Origin: Octopus vulgaris
Lineage: Eukaryota
DNA length: 64,000 nt
Reading direction: 5' to 3'
Assembly: GCA_951406725.2 (NCBI GenBank)
Contig: OX597817.1
Span: 149,978,001 to 150,042,000, forward strand
In this document: positions 52,424 to 64,000 of the stretch, piece by piece
Position numbering within the stretch: the first letter of the stretch is position 1
How the letters are laid out: each line of letters begins with the position of its first letter
Notes under the pieces: model-generated
Told to the model about the DNA's origin: nothing
What the model saw: the letters and a program-made list of their open reading frames with translations, nothing else
Database searches by the model: none
Made by a program: the position numbers and the translations under genes

Positions 52424-52439
52424 ATAATAATAATAATAA

Positions 52440-52880
52440 CATTTCAAATCTTACCACAAGGGCAGCAATTTGGGGGGGAGGGGTTAAGTTGATTACATTG
52501 ACCCCAGTGTTCAATTGATACTTATTTTATTGGCCCCGAAAGGATGAAAGGCAAAGTCAACCTCGGTGGAATTTGAACTCAGAATGTAGCGATGGGCGAA
52601 ATACTGCTAAACATTTCTTCCATCATGCTAACGATTCTGCCAGCTCACCACTTTAAATAATAATAATAATCCTTTCTACTAAACGCACAAGGCCTGAAAC
52701 TTGGGGCGGGGTGACTACTTGATTACGTCAATCCAAGTGTTTCACTGGTACTTGATTTATCAATCCTGAAAGGATGAAAGGCAAAGCTGACCTTGGTGGA
52801 ATTTGAACTCAAAATGTGCAGATGGATGAAATGCTGTTCAGCATTTTATCCAGCGTGCTAACAATTCTGTCAGGTTACCT
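52440..52880 (-). mobile_element. Two family A SINEs in (TAA)n context
   Basis: Reverse Nin-like cores at ~52530 and ~52765. Confidence 0.8.
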
Positions 52881-52894
52881 TAATGATAATCATC

Positions 52895-53270
52895 ATAATC
52901 ATCATCATCATTATCCTTTAACGTCTGCTTTCCCTACTGGCATGGGTTGGATGGTTTGACTGAGAAGTGGTAGGCCGGGAGGCAGCGCTAGACAGTAATC
53001 TGATTTAGCAAGGTTTCTACAGCTGGATGCCCTTCCTAATACCAACGACTCCAAGAGTGCAGTGGATGCTTTTTATGTGCCACTGGTACAAGAGCCAGTC
53101 AGGCAGCACTAGCATCGACTGCACTTGAATAGCGCTTTTTATGTGCCACTAGCACAGGTGCCAGTCAGGTGGCACTGGCATCAGCCCCGCCCAAATGGTG
53201 CTTTTTACATACCACCAGCAGGGGTGTCAGTCAGGCAACACTGGTATCCACCACAACTATGATTTCACTC
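52895..53270 (-). mobile_element. RTE 3' UTR (family D) with 3 VNTR units
   Basis: D core and units. Confidence 0.8.
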
Positions 53271-54799
53271 AGTAATAATAATAATAATAACAATAATAAT
53301 AATAATAATAATAATAACAACAACAATAACTAATTATTTTATTGGCCACAGGGGCTTACATAAAATTACATGAAGAGACAAAGACAAGATGATACAAATG
53401 AAAAATAATAATAATAATAATAATAGTTTATAACACCAGTATAAGATGATAAATTTGGGGGAGTGGGTAGTCAATTAAATAAATCCCTGTACTTGAATGA
53501 TAACAGAAGGCAAAGTTGATCTTGACAGAATTTGAACTGAAAACTTTAAGAGCCAGAAGTACTGCAAATGTAAGAAAAAGCAGTTTGGAATGGGATGGGG
53601 TGGGGAAGGAAAACAAAGAGGTGCTGAAAGTAACAACTGGTTCTGTGAGAAAATGAAAATAAACAAAGGTCATTCACCCACAAATGAACAGCTGACCAGA
53701 TATTAAAAGAATTACTTTATAAATCAAACTGATATGTGAGACATTAACCACTAACTTGTTTAAAGGAGGATGACACAAAGAGGAACAAAATTAAGAAATC
53801 AATAAAAAAATTTTATATATACAAAGAAATCTCTCAGTAGCTCATAAAAACCTGGCCTGCAACTGACAGTCAACAGGCAATGAAACTGTATCAGTGACCG
53901 GGTCACAGGAGTGCTGCAAAACATTTTGACACTTTATAGAAATACAATATTCATCATCATCATCATCATCCACCTTTCATGCTATCATGGGACGGTTTCA
54001 CAAGAGCTGGCCAGGCTGAAGCCTGCACCAAACTTCTGTGACTGTTTTGGCAGGATTTTTACAGCTGGATACCCTTCCTAACACCAACCACTTAGCAGAG
54101 TGCACTCAGTGCATTTTTTGTAGCACAAGCATAGGCAAGGTGAGTAGTGCTTTTTACACGGCACAAGTACAGGCAAGGTTTTTCAGCAGGATGCCCTTCC
54201 TAACACCAACCACTTTACAGTGTGGACTGGGTGCTTTTAAGTGGCACTTGCACTGACAGGGTCACCAAGTACCTTGCAAGACAAAAAAAAAACATTGGAG
54301 AAGGTGATCTTGTGTTGGATGATAAAAAGGTTATAGTGAGACAGATACAGATGTCTTGCTATAGAGGAAGTACAAGGTTAGCTGGCTGGAGAGAGAAAGA
54401 TCAGGAATGAAAACAGAAAGAGGTGTGCTACCACAAAGGAAATACATGATTGCCCAATCTGAGAGGAGTGCAGGAGAAAGAGAGGGAGAGTGGGGGAGGC
54501 CGCAGGATGGAAATGGTGGCAAAGTGCCAGGTATACTCACAAGGAACAAGGATCAGAATATAAATGGGATGGTTGAGTAAAGAAAGAGAGAGATACAGAT
54601 GGTGGAAAGTGTCAGGGCATATCCTTGCAGTTCAGATGCCATAATATAAGTGGCAGGATATTGTGAAGGGAGTGTGATAAAAGAATGTGAGTGAGTGGCG
54701 AAATTCTGTGTCGTGAGAGGGTCATTATGCCAATAACAACACATGTACTGGTTCAATACTACTTCTTTATTGCTAGTCAATTGTTTTAATATCTAACCA

Positions 54800-55370
54800 A
54801 CTAACAGCCATTTGTGGTTTGAATCATTATCTCCAATTTTGTTCCAACTGTTTTCAAATTTGGTATATGGATTAAGGTTTGTATACTTATTATGAATATG
54901 AAATTCATTTTTCCTATAAATTTATAATTAAAAAGTTATTAGCTTTTAAAATTTGCAAAGTCTGAGTATTTTAGCCAATCAGAAATGAGTATTTTACACA
55001 TCACCATGAAGTTTTATTAGCACAGTAAGCAAAGAACTCTGTTTCCATAGTAACCAAAGATGCTGCGCATGTGCACGAGGAGTGTAACCACCACGATTTT
55101 CATAATTGCTTGCTTTGACTCTTTCCCACCTTCTCACTACAGTGACAGATGATGGAAGAGGCAGCAAATGTGCTGTTTTCTGATTGGTTGAAAATTCTGA
55201 AAATTATCAGATTCGGAACACCTGTAACATTTTTGCAAAATTTTTCTGGAATAAATGAAAAACAAATTTGGATCCAGCATCACAAATTACATCTATATGA
55301 TACATTAAAAAAAAAAACCTTTTAAAGATTTTTCGACATGCAGTGACACAAACTACAAAGATCCCAACTA
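54800..55370. other. Probable non-autonomous DNA element carrying CCAAT, X-box and NRF1-like motifs
   Basis: agccaatcagaaa (54973) and inverted ttttctgattggttg (55176) flank gtttccatagtaac (55041) and tgcgcatgtgca (55064). Confidence 0.4.
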
Positions 55371-55506
55371 ACTAATTGATCATTTGTTTAATTAGTTGGT
55401 TAAACAATCAATCAGTTATTTGTTAGATGAATCCTTTAGTTGCTAATCACGACCTTCTCAATGATTTTCCCTCTCTTTTCAAGGTCTGTTCTGAGTATAG
55501 AATATT

Positions 55507-55738
55507 GTTTTCTTTACTGCCCACAAGAGGTTAAACACAGAGAAGACAAACAAGGACAGACAAATGGATTAAGTCAATTATATCAACCCCAGTGCGTAAC
55601 TGGTACTTATTTAATTGACCCCGAAAGGATGAAAGGCAAAGTCGACCTCGGAGGAATTTGAACTCAGAACGTAGCAGCAGATGAAATACTAAGCATTTCA
55701 CTCGGCATGCTAACGATTCTGCCAGCTCGCTGCCCTTA
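55507..55738 (-). mobile_element. Family A SINE with 18-bp TSD
   Basis: ttctgagtatagaatatt at 55489-55506 and 55739-55756. Confidence 0.9.
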
Positions 55739-55799
55739 TTCTGAGTATAGAATATTATTAAGGAATAAATGGTATACAATTATTATTAATAAATAAGTG

Positions 55800-56388
55800 G
55801 TCAGTGTGCATACTTGACAGAGCGTTAGTACCTTGAGAGAAAAGTTGGACCTAAGGAGCATCAGATGTGGTGTGCAAGAGAGACGACTGCACTGGTATGG
55901 CCATGTGACAAGAATGGGTGTGGATAGCTGCGTGAAAAAGTGCCACACCCTAGCCGGTTGAGGGAACCTGTGGTAGACCCAGGAAGACCTGGGATGAGGT
56001 GGTAAAGCATGACCTTTGAACATTGGGCCTCACCGAGGCAATGACTAGTGACCGGGACCTTTGGAAATATGCTGTGCTTGAGAAGACTCGGCAAGCCCAA
56101 GTGAGACCATAACCTTGTGGCCTATGCCAGGAGTGTAACCAGCCCACTTATGCGTACCTTTCTTTCATTGGACACTAAACTCTGCTTGCGAAGACCTTTT
56201 GAAGCGAGTGAAATCGAAATCAAATTCGATGACTGGCATCCATGCTAGTGGAGCACTAAGAGTACCATATGAGTGTGATCGTTGCCAGATTGGAGTCTGG
56301 TGCAGCTATTTGGTTCGCCAGACCTCAGTCAAATCATCCAACCCATGCTAGCATGGAAAGCAGATGTTAAACAATGACGATGATGATG
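55800..56388 (+). mobile_element. RTE LINE 3' end (ORF C-terminus, 3' UTR and (GAT)n)
   Basis: LREKLDLRSIRCGVQERRLHWYGHVTRM..; same family as 32950-34336. Confidence 0.9.
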
Positions 56389-57541
56389 AACACAACATTG
56401 ATTTCAAATTATGACACAAGACCAGAAATTTTGGAGGCTGGGTCTAGTTGATTACATTAACCCCCAGTGCTTCACTCGTACTTATTTTATCGACCCCAAA
56501 AGGATGAAAGGCAAAGTCAACCTCAATGGGATTTGAACTCAGAACATAATGCTGGACAAAATGCCACTAAGCATTTTGTCCAGCATGATAATGACTCTGC
56601 CAGCTCGCTATCTTAATACAATACAGGATATTATTAAGAAATGAATGAAAGTGGTATAAAACACTATCTAAAAATAATAATATTTCGAAAAAAACATGCA
56701 AAATCTGTGGAGGGGTGGATTGCATTATTTTAAATAGATAACAGGATTCCTTAATGATGTTATTGCTTCAGGTTGAACAAACATTCTCAGATCAAATCAT
56801 TTACCAAGCAACTCCCGAGTTTATCATTTTTATATGTAATTCGGAGGTAAAAAAAAAAAGCAAGCAGCACAACCCTAAAATGTTAATGTAATTAAAATAC
56901 AGTGAATGCTACAGTATTTCATTTCATAACAAACTGGTGTGGATGTGTGCATGCATTTGTATGTTTATGAAACTATGACAGAGGCATTCCATGTGAATGT
57001 AACAGTATTTATAGATTTCTTAATGCTTCCAGTAACAACAAGTAGGTTTCTTCATTTATGGACTCAACACCAGCATCAGTACAAACATCAAAACCATAAT
57101 AACCTTCACAACTACAATTATTGCACTGACATCAATCTTTTCTACCACACCCAAAGTATAAAACACAGTATTTCAGCGATGAGTAGCAACGGAGCTGACA
57201 AGAAAATTGGAAGAAGATGTATGGATATGTTTAGCTGGGAGTGGTATAACAACAGCCAGTGCAGAGATCATTGTAAGCAGTCTTCATTGCTGCTTCTCTC
57301 TGCTGCTTGTAAAGCACTATTTAATATCAAATTAATGATTTCTGTAGATGACTTTAATGATGAGAGTAGTAAACAACATAAGTATAGATCTGACTTAAAA
57401 TTTCAGATGATTAACTAGGTTCATTCAGTTTATAAATTCTTTGGTATCTTAACATGTTAATTGTGGTAAGTAAAAGATAATTGCAAAACAAAAAATGGAA
57501 TCTGGTTAAAGATCACTGAAGTCATTAGATATATACCATAA

Positions 57542-58235
57542 CGAGCAAAACGATCCCCGTCCAATGGACGGTGCTGAGTTGTCAAACATTTTAACCAAAT
57601 TTTCTCAAAACAACTTGTCCAACCATCCCATAGGCCTCCCCTTTGACAAACACTGATATAACCTAAATTTGAGACACCAGCAAAAGAAGAAATAAAGATA
57701 GACTTTTTTTTCTATTCCAAAGAAAAACGATTTTATTCACACAAATATGCAACCGAAGAGTTTAAAGTACCAGTAATGATAAGGCTGTTGACTGGGAGAA
57801 CACAAATATGGTTTGAACAGTAAGCTTGGCAGGAAAGAAACGTGCCTTTAAGCAGTACAAAAACAACAAAAAATGGAAGGTGCAGTTATATACAGGTTGA
57901 CGGAAGAAAAGCAGGACAAAAACGGCTTTATCGATCGCATTCTCACCTGGAATCATCATCATCATCATCGTTTAACGTCCGTTCTCCATGCTAGCATGGG
58001 TTGGACGGTTCGACCGGGGATCTGGGAAGCCAGAAGGCTGCACCAGGCTCCGGTCTTATCTGGCAAAGTTTCTACAGCTGGATGTCCTTCCTTTTCGAGA
58101 CTTATACATGCCCTGATACTGTCGGTATCTACATATCAAATTTGAGCGCAATCAGATGGAGGATGCCCAAGATCCAAGAAGATACACACACACACACACA
58201 GACAGACAGACAGACAACGGATTTTATATAAGAGA
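57542..58235 (-). mobile_element. Non-autonomous Helitron-like element with an inserted family D fragment (57953-58091)
   Basis: Minus-strand 5' a|TCtcttatataaaa with (CTGT)n/(GT)n; 3' hairpin ccgtcc-aat-ggacgg (57557-57571) ~11 nt from a CTCG|t end (expected CTAG). Confidence 0.65.
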
Positions 58236-58250
58236 TAAGATGATTCTATT

Positions 58251-58687
58251 TTAATCCTTATAATACCAACCCACCTCTGACAATCCCTAGTTCTATAATG
58301 CAGTTTTCCTGCTTTAACCCTTTTGCATTTAAACTGGCCATATCTGTCCTAAAATATTCTACTTGTTTTGTGTTCCACCCAGCCAGAGTTGGCCCCTTAC
58401 ACCTACCCTGCAATGACATTCTAAAACTAAACTACTCCATCATAAAAATCTCGGAGCTAAAAGCTAACGAATGATTAATTCAAAGCAATGTCAATAGATA
58501 AGCATTACATTTGACAGAGTAATCTGAATGCTAAAAGGTTAAAGCAATTTAAACCTTCCATCCAAATTCCATATTAATTTATGTTCCAAACATCAGAATT
58601 AACATTCACAAAGTCGTTTTACTAATTCCAAATCAACTGAAACAAATGTGGCATATTTCAGCAGAAACATCATAATGAAAGGGTTAA
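58251..58687. mobile_element. M2-type MITE with a nested M1 MITE (58314-58542)
   Basis: Both bounded by TTAA and ccc/ggg-like termini. Confidence 0.7.
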
Positions 58688-58937
58688 ATCAATATTGTTT
58701 TAAATATTATTTTAATATTTTAATATTGTTTTAATATTGTTTTAAATAATGTTTTAAATCAATATTGTTTTAGCCCTCGGTTAACTCTGACTGAGAAAAC
58801 TTGTGACCAATGGCAATCTAGCTATGACTGTCACATTCTTCTCTAAAAATTGCATATCTAGGACTACATTTTCCAGTGTGACCTTCCTCCTGTATATCAT
58901 TAGGGTGTAATTTGAAAGAGAAGTGGTTGCTATTTCT

Positions 58938-59088
58938 TATTTTTTTACTGCCCACAAGGGGTTAAACATAGAGGGGACAAACAAAGTCAGACAAAGGGAT
59001 TAAGTTGATAAGATCGACCTCAGTGCATAACTGGTACTTAATTTATCAACCCCAAAAGGATGAAAGGTAAAGTCGACCTCGGCGGAAT
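58938..59088 (-). mobile_element. 5'-truncated family A SINE with 18-bp TSD
   Basis: gaagtggttgctatttct at 58920-58937 and 59089-59106. Confidence 0.9.
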
Positions 59089-61646
59089 GAAGTGGTTGCT
59101 ATTTCTAGCAGGTTAAGTGAGAATATAGATTTTAGTGGGAAAAGAAATGAGAACCATGACAGCGTTACCTTTCAAAAAAAACACAAAACGAAGAGAAACA
59201 GGATGAGTGTAAGACTTGACCCATGGGGAACTTATCTCCTATTCCTTGGTTCAAGCCTCAGTTCTTTTTTGTTGATGCTTTTTTTTTAAAATTAGTCAGA
59301 GGAGGGGCAGGGCCCATGATTCTTCAGAGCCTCTGAGAATGGTGAGAAGTTATCATCAGAATGGAGACTTAGTCCAAATGCTTGTAACAGAATGGAATCC
59401 ATTGGAGACATCTGTTAGCCAGGTGGTGGGATTAAACTGGGCAATGTATTGACTCTTCTACCCAAGAACAGGGACAGTCCCCTTGATAAGCTTCCACATA
59501 GCTTTGTCTATCAAATTCCACTTTCACAAGTCTTTTTATCAAACTGAAGCTATGACAGAAGACATTTGCCTAAGGTGCCACACAGTGAAATTGAACCTGA
59601 AGCCACAGTGCTATAAAGAAAATTTCTAGAATTTCTAAACAATGGCCATGCCTGCGCTTGTAACATCGTATGGTACCAATTAAAATATAAAATATATAAG
59701 AAACTAAAGAAGTGATATACTTCTCTTTTACTTCACACAGCCTTACCAAATGAAACATAAGCCAATAAGACTTCTTTAAAAATTACTCAAATTGCTAATT
59801 TGTAAAACCAAAGTATCTGCTTGAAAATCACCACAGTTTCTTTAACCATGTGTTCATGTTCTAAGTCTTAAATTTCAAGACAACATTGGATTTAGCATTG
59901 TTGTAGTTCATGGCACCAACCATCTCCTACACACAGCCATATAAGCCTGAAGTTAACCAACTACTCAGGAATGATCAGTTAATGTCGACCCAGTTTGGCT
60001 CTGCATGAGCAAAACTGACCTCCTACACTGTTAAACACAAACCAGATTAGTATTTAAATAACATGTATGGTGTTCTTGCTGTTGTTGTTGTTGTTTAGCT
60101 TTAATTTAGCCCTGATTTATGAGCAATAGCTATTTCAATCCTTATCATCCCCTCTTTTACTATATCTTAGAATACTTCCCTTTTTAAGATGATAGTGAAT
60201 GATTTGAAAGAATTCGGTTATTATTTTGTGCAGTTAGGATATAAGACTCATAAACTGTAACTGGCATAATGTTGTACCATCAGATAAGAAACTTTATTTA
60301 TCTTATTCTCTTCTAACTAATAAATAAATAAACAAACAAACAAAATATTTAGAGTAGTTAGAAGGATGGATATATTGCTCTGAAACACTATCACAAGATC
60401 TGTCAACATAATACAAATAAAAACATTTAAAAAAGGAAAATGAAATGTAAATCAGTGAACTGTCACAGGTAACCCAAAGGGTTCTAAAGACTTCTACACT
60501 ATTAGCTATTCACCCAAAGACTAGGATTGCTTCCACTTCTCTCACAAACATTAGGAAGACAAACTATCTAGCTGCAACAAACTGCCAAGCTCAATGTTCA
60601 TATATTTGAGACGAAGCCAAGTTATTTAAGTTACAATGCCAAGATGCAGTTAATTATGAAAGACATCAGAATCAGTTGGTGCCGTGAGTTCTTGCTTAGC
60701 TCGAGGTTACATTTTATTGCCATAGAATTCCATCATTGACAGCAACAAGGTACATTAGTTTCAAAATAAAATATTTAAAAAAATAGCTATACAACACAAC
60801 TGGGAAAAAGATACTGCATTCATTTTAAGGTTGAATTCTTCACATTATGAAAAGCAGTGTAGCTAGAAATTCCACACAAATAATATATACAAAAGCACAG
60901 CTATTTAACCCATGCTAAAGCATTGGATACAAAAATGTTAAATGTTCTTATTTTTGAAATGAATTGCATTCACCACGTTAACAACATGAATATTCATATG
61001 ATGATATTGATAAAGTTTATCAAATGAAATTTCATTTATATATTTTGTCAAATTTCAGATAAAATAGCTTGAACCAATAATAGAACATTAGGTCTCGCTA
61101 CTACTACTGCTGCTGTTGTTATTGTTGTTGTTGTTGTTAAGCAACAAGACGGGTAAGGGTGATTAGGTGATGGTCTAGGGATTAGGGGCAGGAGACCCCA
61201 GACCTTGGAAAAAAAACAAAAAACTTTGGTCGTCTTGTTGTAGTCGAGGGCTCTTCATTGACGCCCAACACCACTGGGAGGTGGCCCTTGAAGTCGCTGG
61301 AAATGGAGATCTCCAGGTCCAAATTCTTGGACTGCTGCTGCTGCCGCCACCGCCACTAAATAAATTTTAGACAAATTTTAGCAACAAAATCTTGTGTTGA
61401 CCGCCAAGGGTCATATGGACCCAAATTGAGAACCACCAGATTACAGGGAGTCAAGTTTCCCTACTGATTTTTCCAACTCATTCTAACAATTATTCAAATA
61501 ATAAAGATGATAATGTGATCATGGTGATAAATGTTGTTGTTAAAGAGTAAAACTAATAATGGTGATTTTAAATGAAATGTTTTTGCTTTCTGCATAATGC
61601 TTGTTATCACTCAACTATTTTGTTTCGTGCAGATGGTTTTCATAGG

Positions 61647-61875
61647 TTAACCCTTTCATTACCAACCCAGCTTAAACCGCCTCTGGCTCTGTAATACAAA
61701 TGTGTTGTTTTCAAAAGTTCTGAATTAAAATCTTCCACCAAACCATAGTCCCAATTTATGTTCCTAACAATAGCTGAATGATAACTAAGTTATTTTACTA
61801 AATTCTTTGTTATATTTAATGTAATTGAAAGAAACACAGAACATCTCAAAATAAATACAGTAACGAAAGGGTTAA
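61647..61875. mobile_element. piggyBac-like MITE (M2)
   Basis: ttaa-ccctttcattacc..gtaacgaaaggg-ttaa. Confidence 0.85.
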
Positions 61876-62739
61876 TGATCCTTTATTACTGGATCTACCA
61901 ACCACAGGCTATGGTTATTTTTTAGATATGAAATTAGAAAATTTGGCATCTAAAAAAGTTCAGTAAAACTGGAACGTATCCAGAGTCATCACCATTCATA
62001 CAAGAGATCAGATAGATTAAATTAATGTTACTCCTTGAACTACAGTTTTCAGCTGCCTGTTGCATGGATAATTTAGATATTAATTAATGTAATATTTATC
62101 CCCACTTAAAAGTAGATGTTGTGTTAGAACACAGGATACTGTGATAGTTACCACGAGAGAACTTCTCATCTGGACTTGTAGTGCATATAGGCATTCCTGT
62201 TTATATCACTAGCAGGAGATAATCCTCTACCATCAGTGCTAGGATTATGAGATCGTGTGATTTCATCTTTGTCAGTGGTAAATGCCTGAAAGCTAGAGAC
62301 AATAGTGATTTCTCCATTAGTAATATATCAGTGCTTCATCAGGCACTGGTGTCACAGATAGCCAGTGGGCTTATTATAAGACAATGTATTTGTTCTAGTT
62401 CTCTGTGCTCCAAGTTCAAATCACAAAGAAGTCGTCTTTGTCTTTCATAAAATAAAGTAAGGGTAGAGAGCAGTGACTGGGCAGAACTGTCAGAGCATGA
62501 GATAGGAATGCCTTGCAGCAGCTGTTCTACCACTTTACATTCTGAGATTTTGGGCAGCAGACTTAATCTTAACATGACCACTTGATCCCTCGGTGTCTTT
62601 AGTGGAGTTCAATCAGTCATTAACATTCAAATCATGTCTCAAGTTTGAGGATATCTTCCTCCCATCTTCTAATCAGTATCATCATCATCATTACCTTCAC
62701 CAACCTCTGGAAATCATAGTCTCAAGTCATAGCATTCAT

Positions 62740-62970
62740 CAAGCCAGTTATCTGGTTTCCATGGTGTATAAGTGACCAAGATCGCAACATTCCCCCCTGA
62801 ACAGGATGCCAATCTGGTGCATGGTTACTTATTTACAGCTAAGTGAACTGGAGCAATGTGTAAGGAAAGATTTTGCTCAAGAACACTCCACACTGCCAAG
62901 TCCAGGAATCGAAACCAGTATCTTGCGATTGAGAGTGTAACATTTTATCCACTATGCCACACATCTTCAC
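62740..62970 (-). mobile_element. CORE-like SINE, diverged
   Basis: Homologous to 50890-51125. Confidence 0.6.
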
Positions 62971-63464
62971 CAAATGAGTTTCAGGAACCCTGAAAAAAAT
63001 TAAGGATCCTGAGTGCTAGCCTTCTTTCTTTGGTTAAAAGGTCAAAAAAAAATATATATATTCCAGAGTAGTCATCCTTTTTCCTTGATCAGATTTGAAT
63101 AACATTTGTCACTAAGGCAAATGTAATTTAATTTTAATTAACTGAAGTTGATTGATTCGGTACCACTTTTCTTGTACCTTGAGACTAGGCCCTGACACTT
63201 TGCCATCATCTTTAACTTCTTTGTATCTATTCCCATCGACTCTTATATAATGTGGAGTAGCCATGTATCTCTTCTATAAGAACTCTGTGTCTGTCCCTCT
63301 ATCACACTACAACCTCTTGACACCAAGCAGAATAATACCTCCTTCTCTACTACAACCCCTCTCAGTCAAGAAGGGGTTCTTTTTGTTTTCTTTTCTAGCA
63401 GATTACTCGATGACCTCACTAGTGCTACTGTTACAAAAAGCGCTCTCACTGCTCTCTTTATAAA

Positions 63465-63607
63465 GGGCTGGCATTAAGAAGGACATCATGCTATAGAAAC
63501 CATGCCAAAGCAGGCATCGCTGCTCAGCATAGACCCTCAACTTGTTGGATCCTGTCAAACCATCCAACCTATATTAGCATGGAAAACGGGTTAAATGATG
63601 ATGATGA
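63465..63607 (+). mobile_element. RTE 3'-end fragment (family D)
   Basis: ggcattaagaaggacatc..tcaaaccatccaacc..agcatggaaaacgg..gatgatgatg. Confidence 0.75.
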
Positions 63608-64000
63608 GGGGGGTGAGGGGGAGGAGGAGGATAAATAAGGACTTACTCAACTAGTATATAAAATATCAACCTTTTGGTTGGAGAGAGTTGAACTTGCATT
63701 TCGTTACAAAATGGCCCATTCTGAAAAAGTTTCTAATCACTCCTTTCAATCATATTTAAATATAGTGTTCCAGAAAGCAGTAACTACATGACTAGACTGT
63801 CACATTACACCACAACACTCCACATAATGAACTACTAAATGTACTAAACTAGACTGAAGCATGGCATGTGCCTATGCCATAGATTTGTTCAAACGTGACT
63901 GGCTATTCAACAAGACTCTTCTCTCAGTTACCTGGCAACTGAACAAGTGAGAAAATAAAGAGAACAATTTGATGGTGGAGAACCAAACTAGGAGAGAATT

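Noticed and set aside
56939-57418. 159-aa ORF as an intact gene
   Set aside because: Non-ATG start, no recognisable domain; only a sub-segment is kept as a weak exon candidate

Overview
AT-rich, repeat-saturated eukaryotic DNA. The SINE/LINE repertoire looks like an octopod cephalopod such as Octopus (inference from recognised repeat types, not a database hit). No host protein-coding gene can be supported: the listed ORFs are microsatellite or SINE read-throughs, or decayed retroelement fragments. Identifiable content: tRNA-derived SINE families with Nin/Deu-like or CORE-like domains; many 3' fragments of an RTE LINE with a ~66-bp VNTR in its 3' UTR and a (GAT)n tail; a Dong/R4-like fragment in (TAA)n; a decayed Ty3/Gypsy gag-protease relic; piggyBac-like (TTAA), pogo/Tigger-like and hAT-like MITEs; a non-autonomous Helitron; and long microsatellites. 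The most notable signal is about ten minimal type-I hammerhead-ribozyme-like motifs from roughly six unrelated short Penelope-like elements. Together they show all three states of the core 3-8 pair (C3-G8, U3-A8, G3-C8). Two families occur as long fold-back pairs, and one is fused to a tRNA-like head. Repeat boundaries were read by eye and are approximate unless a TSD or TIR is quoted.
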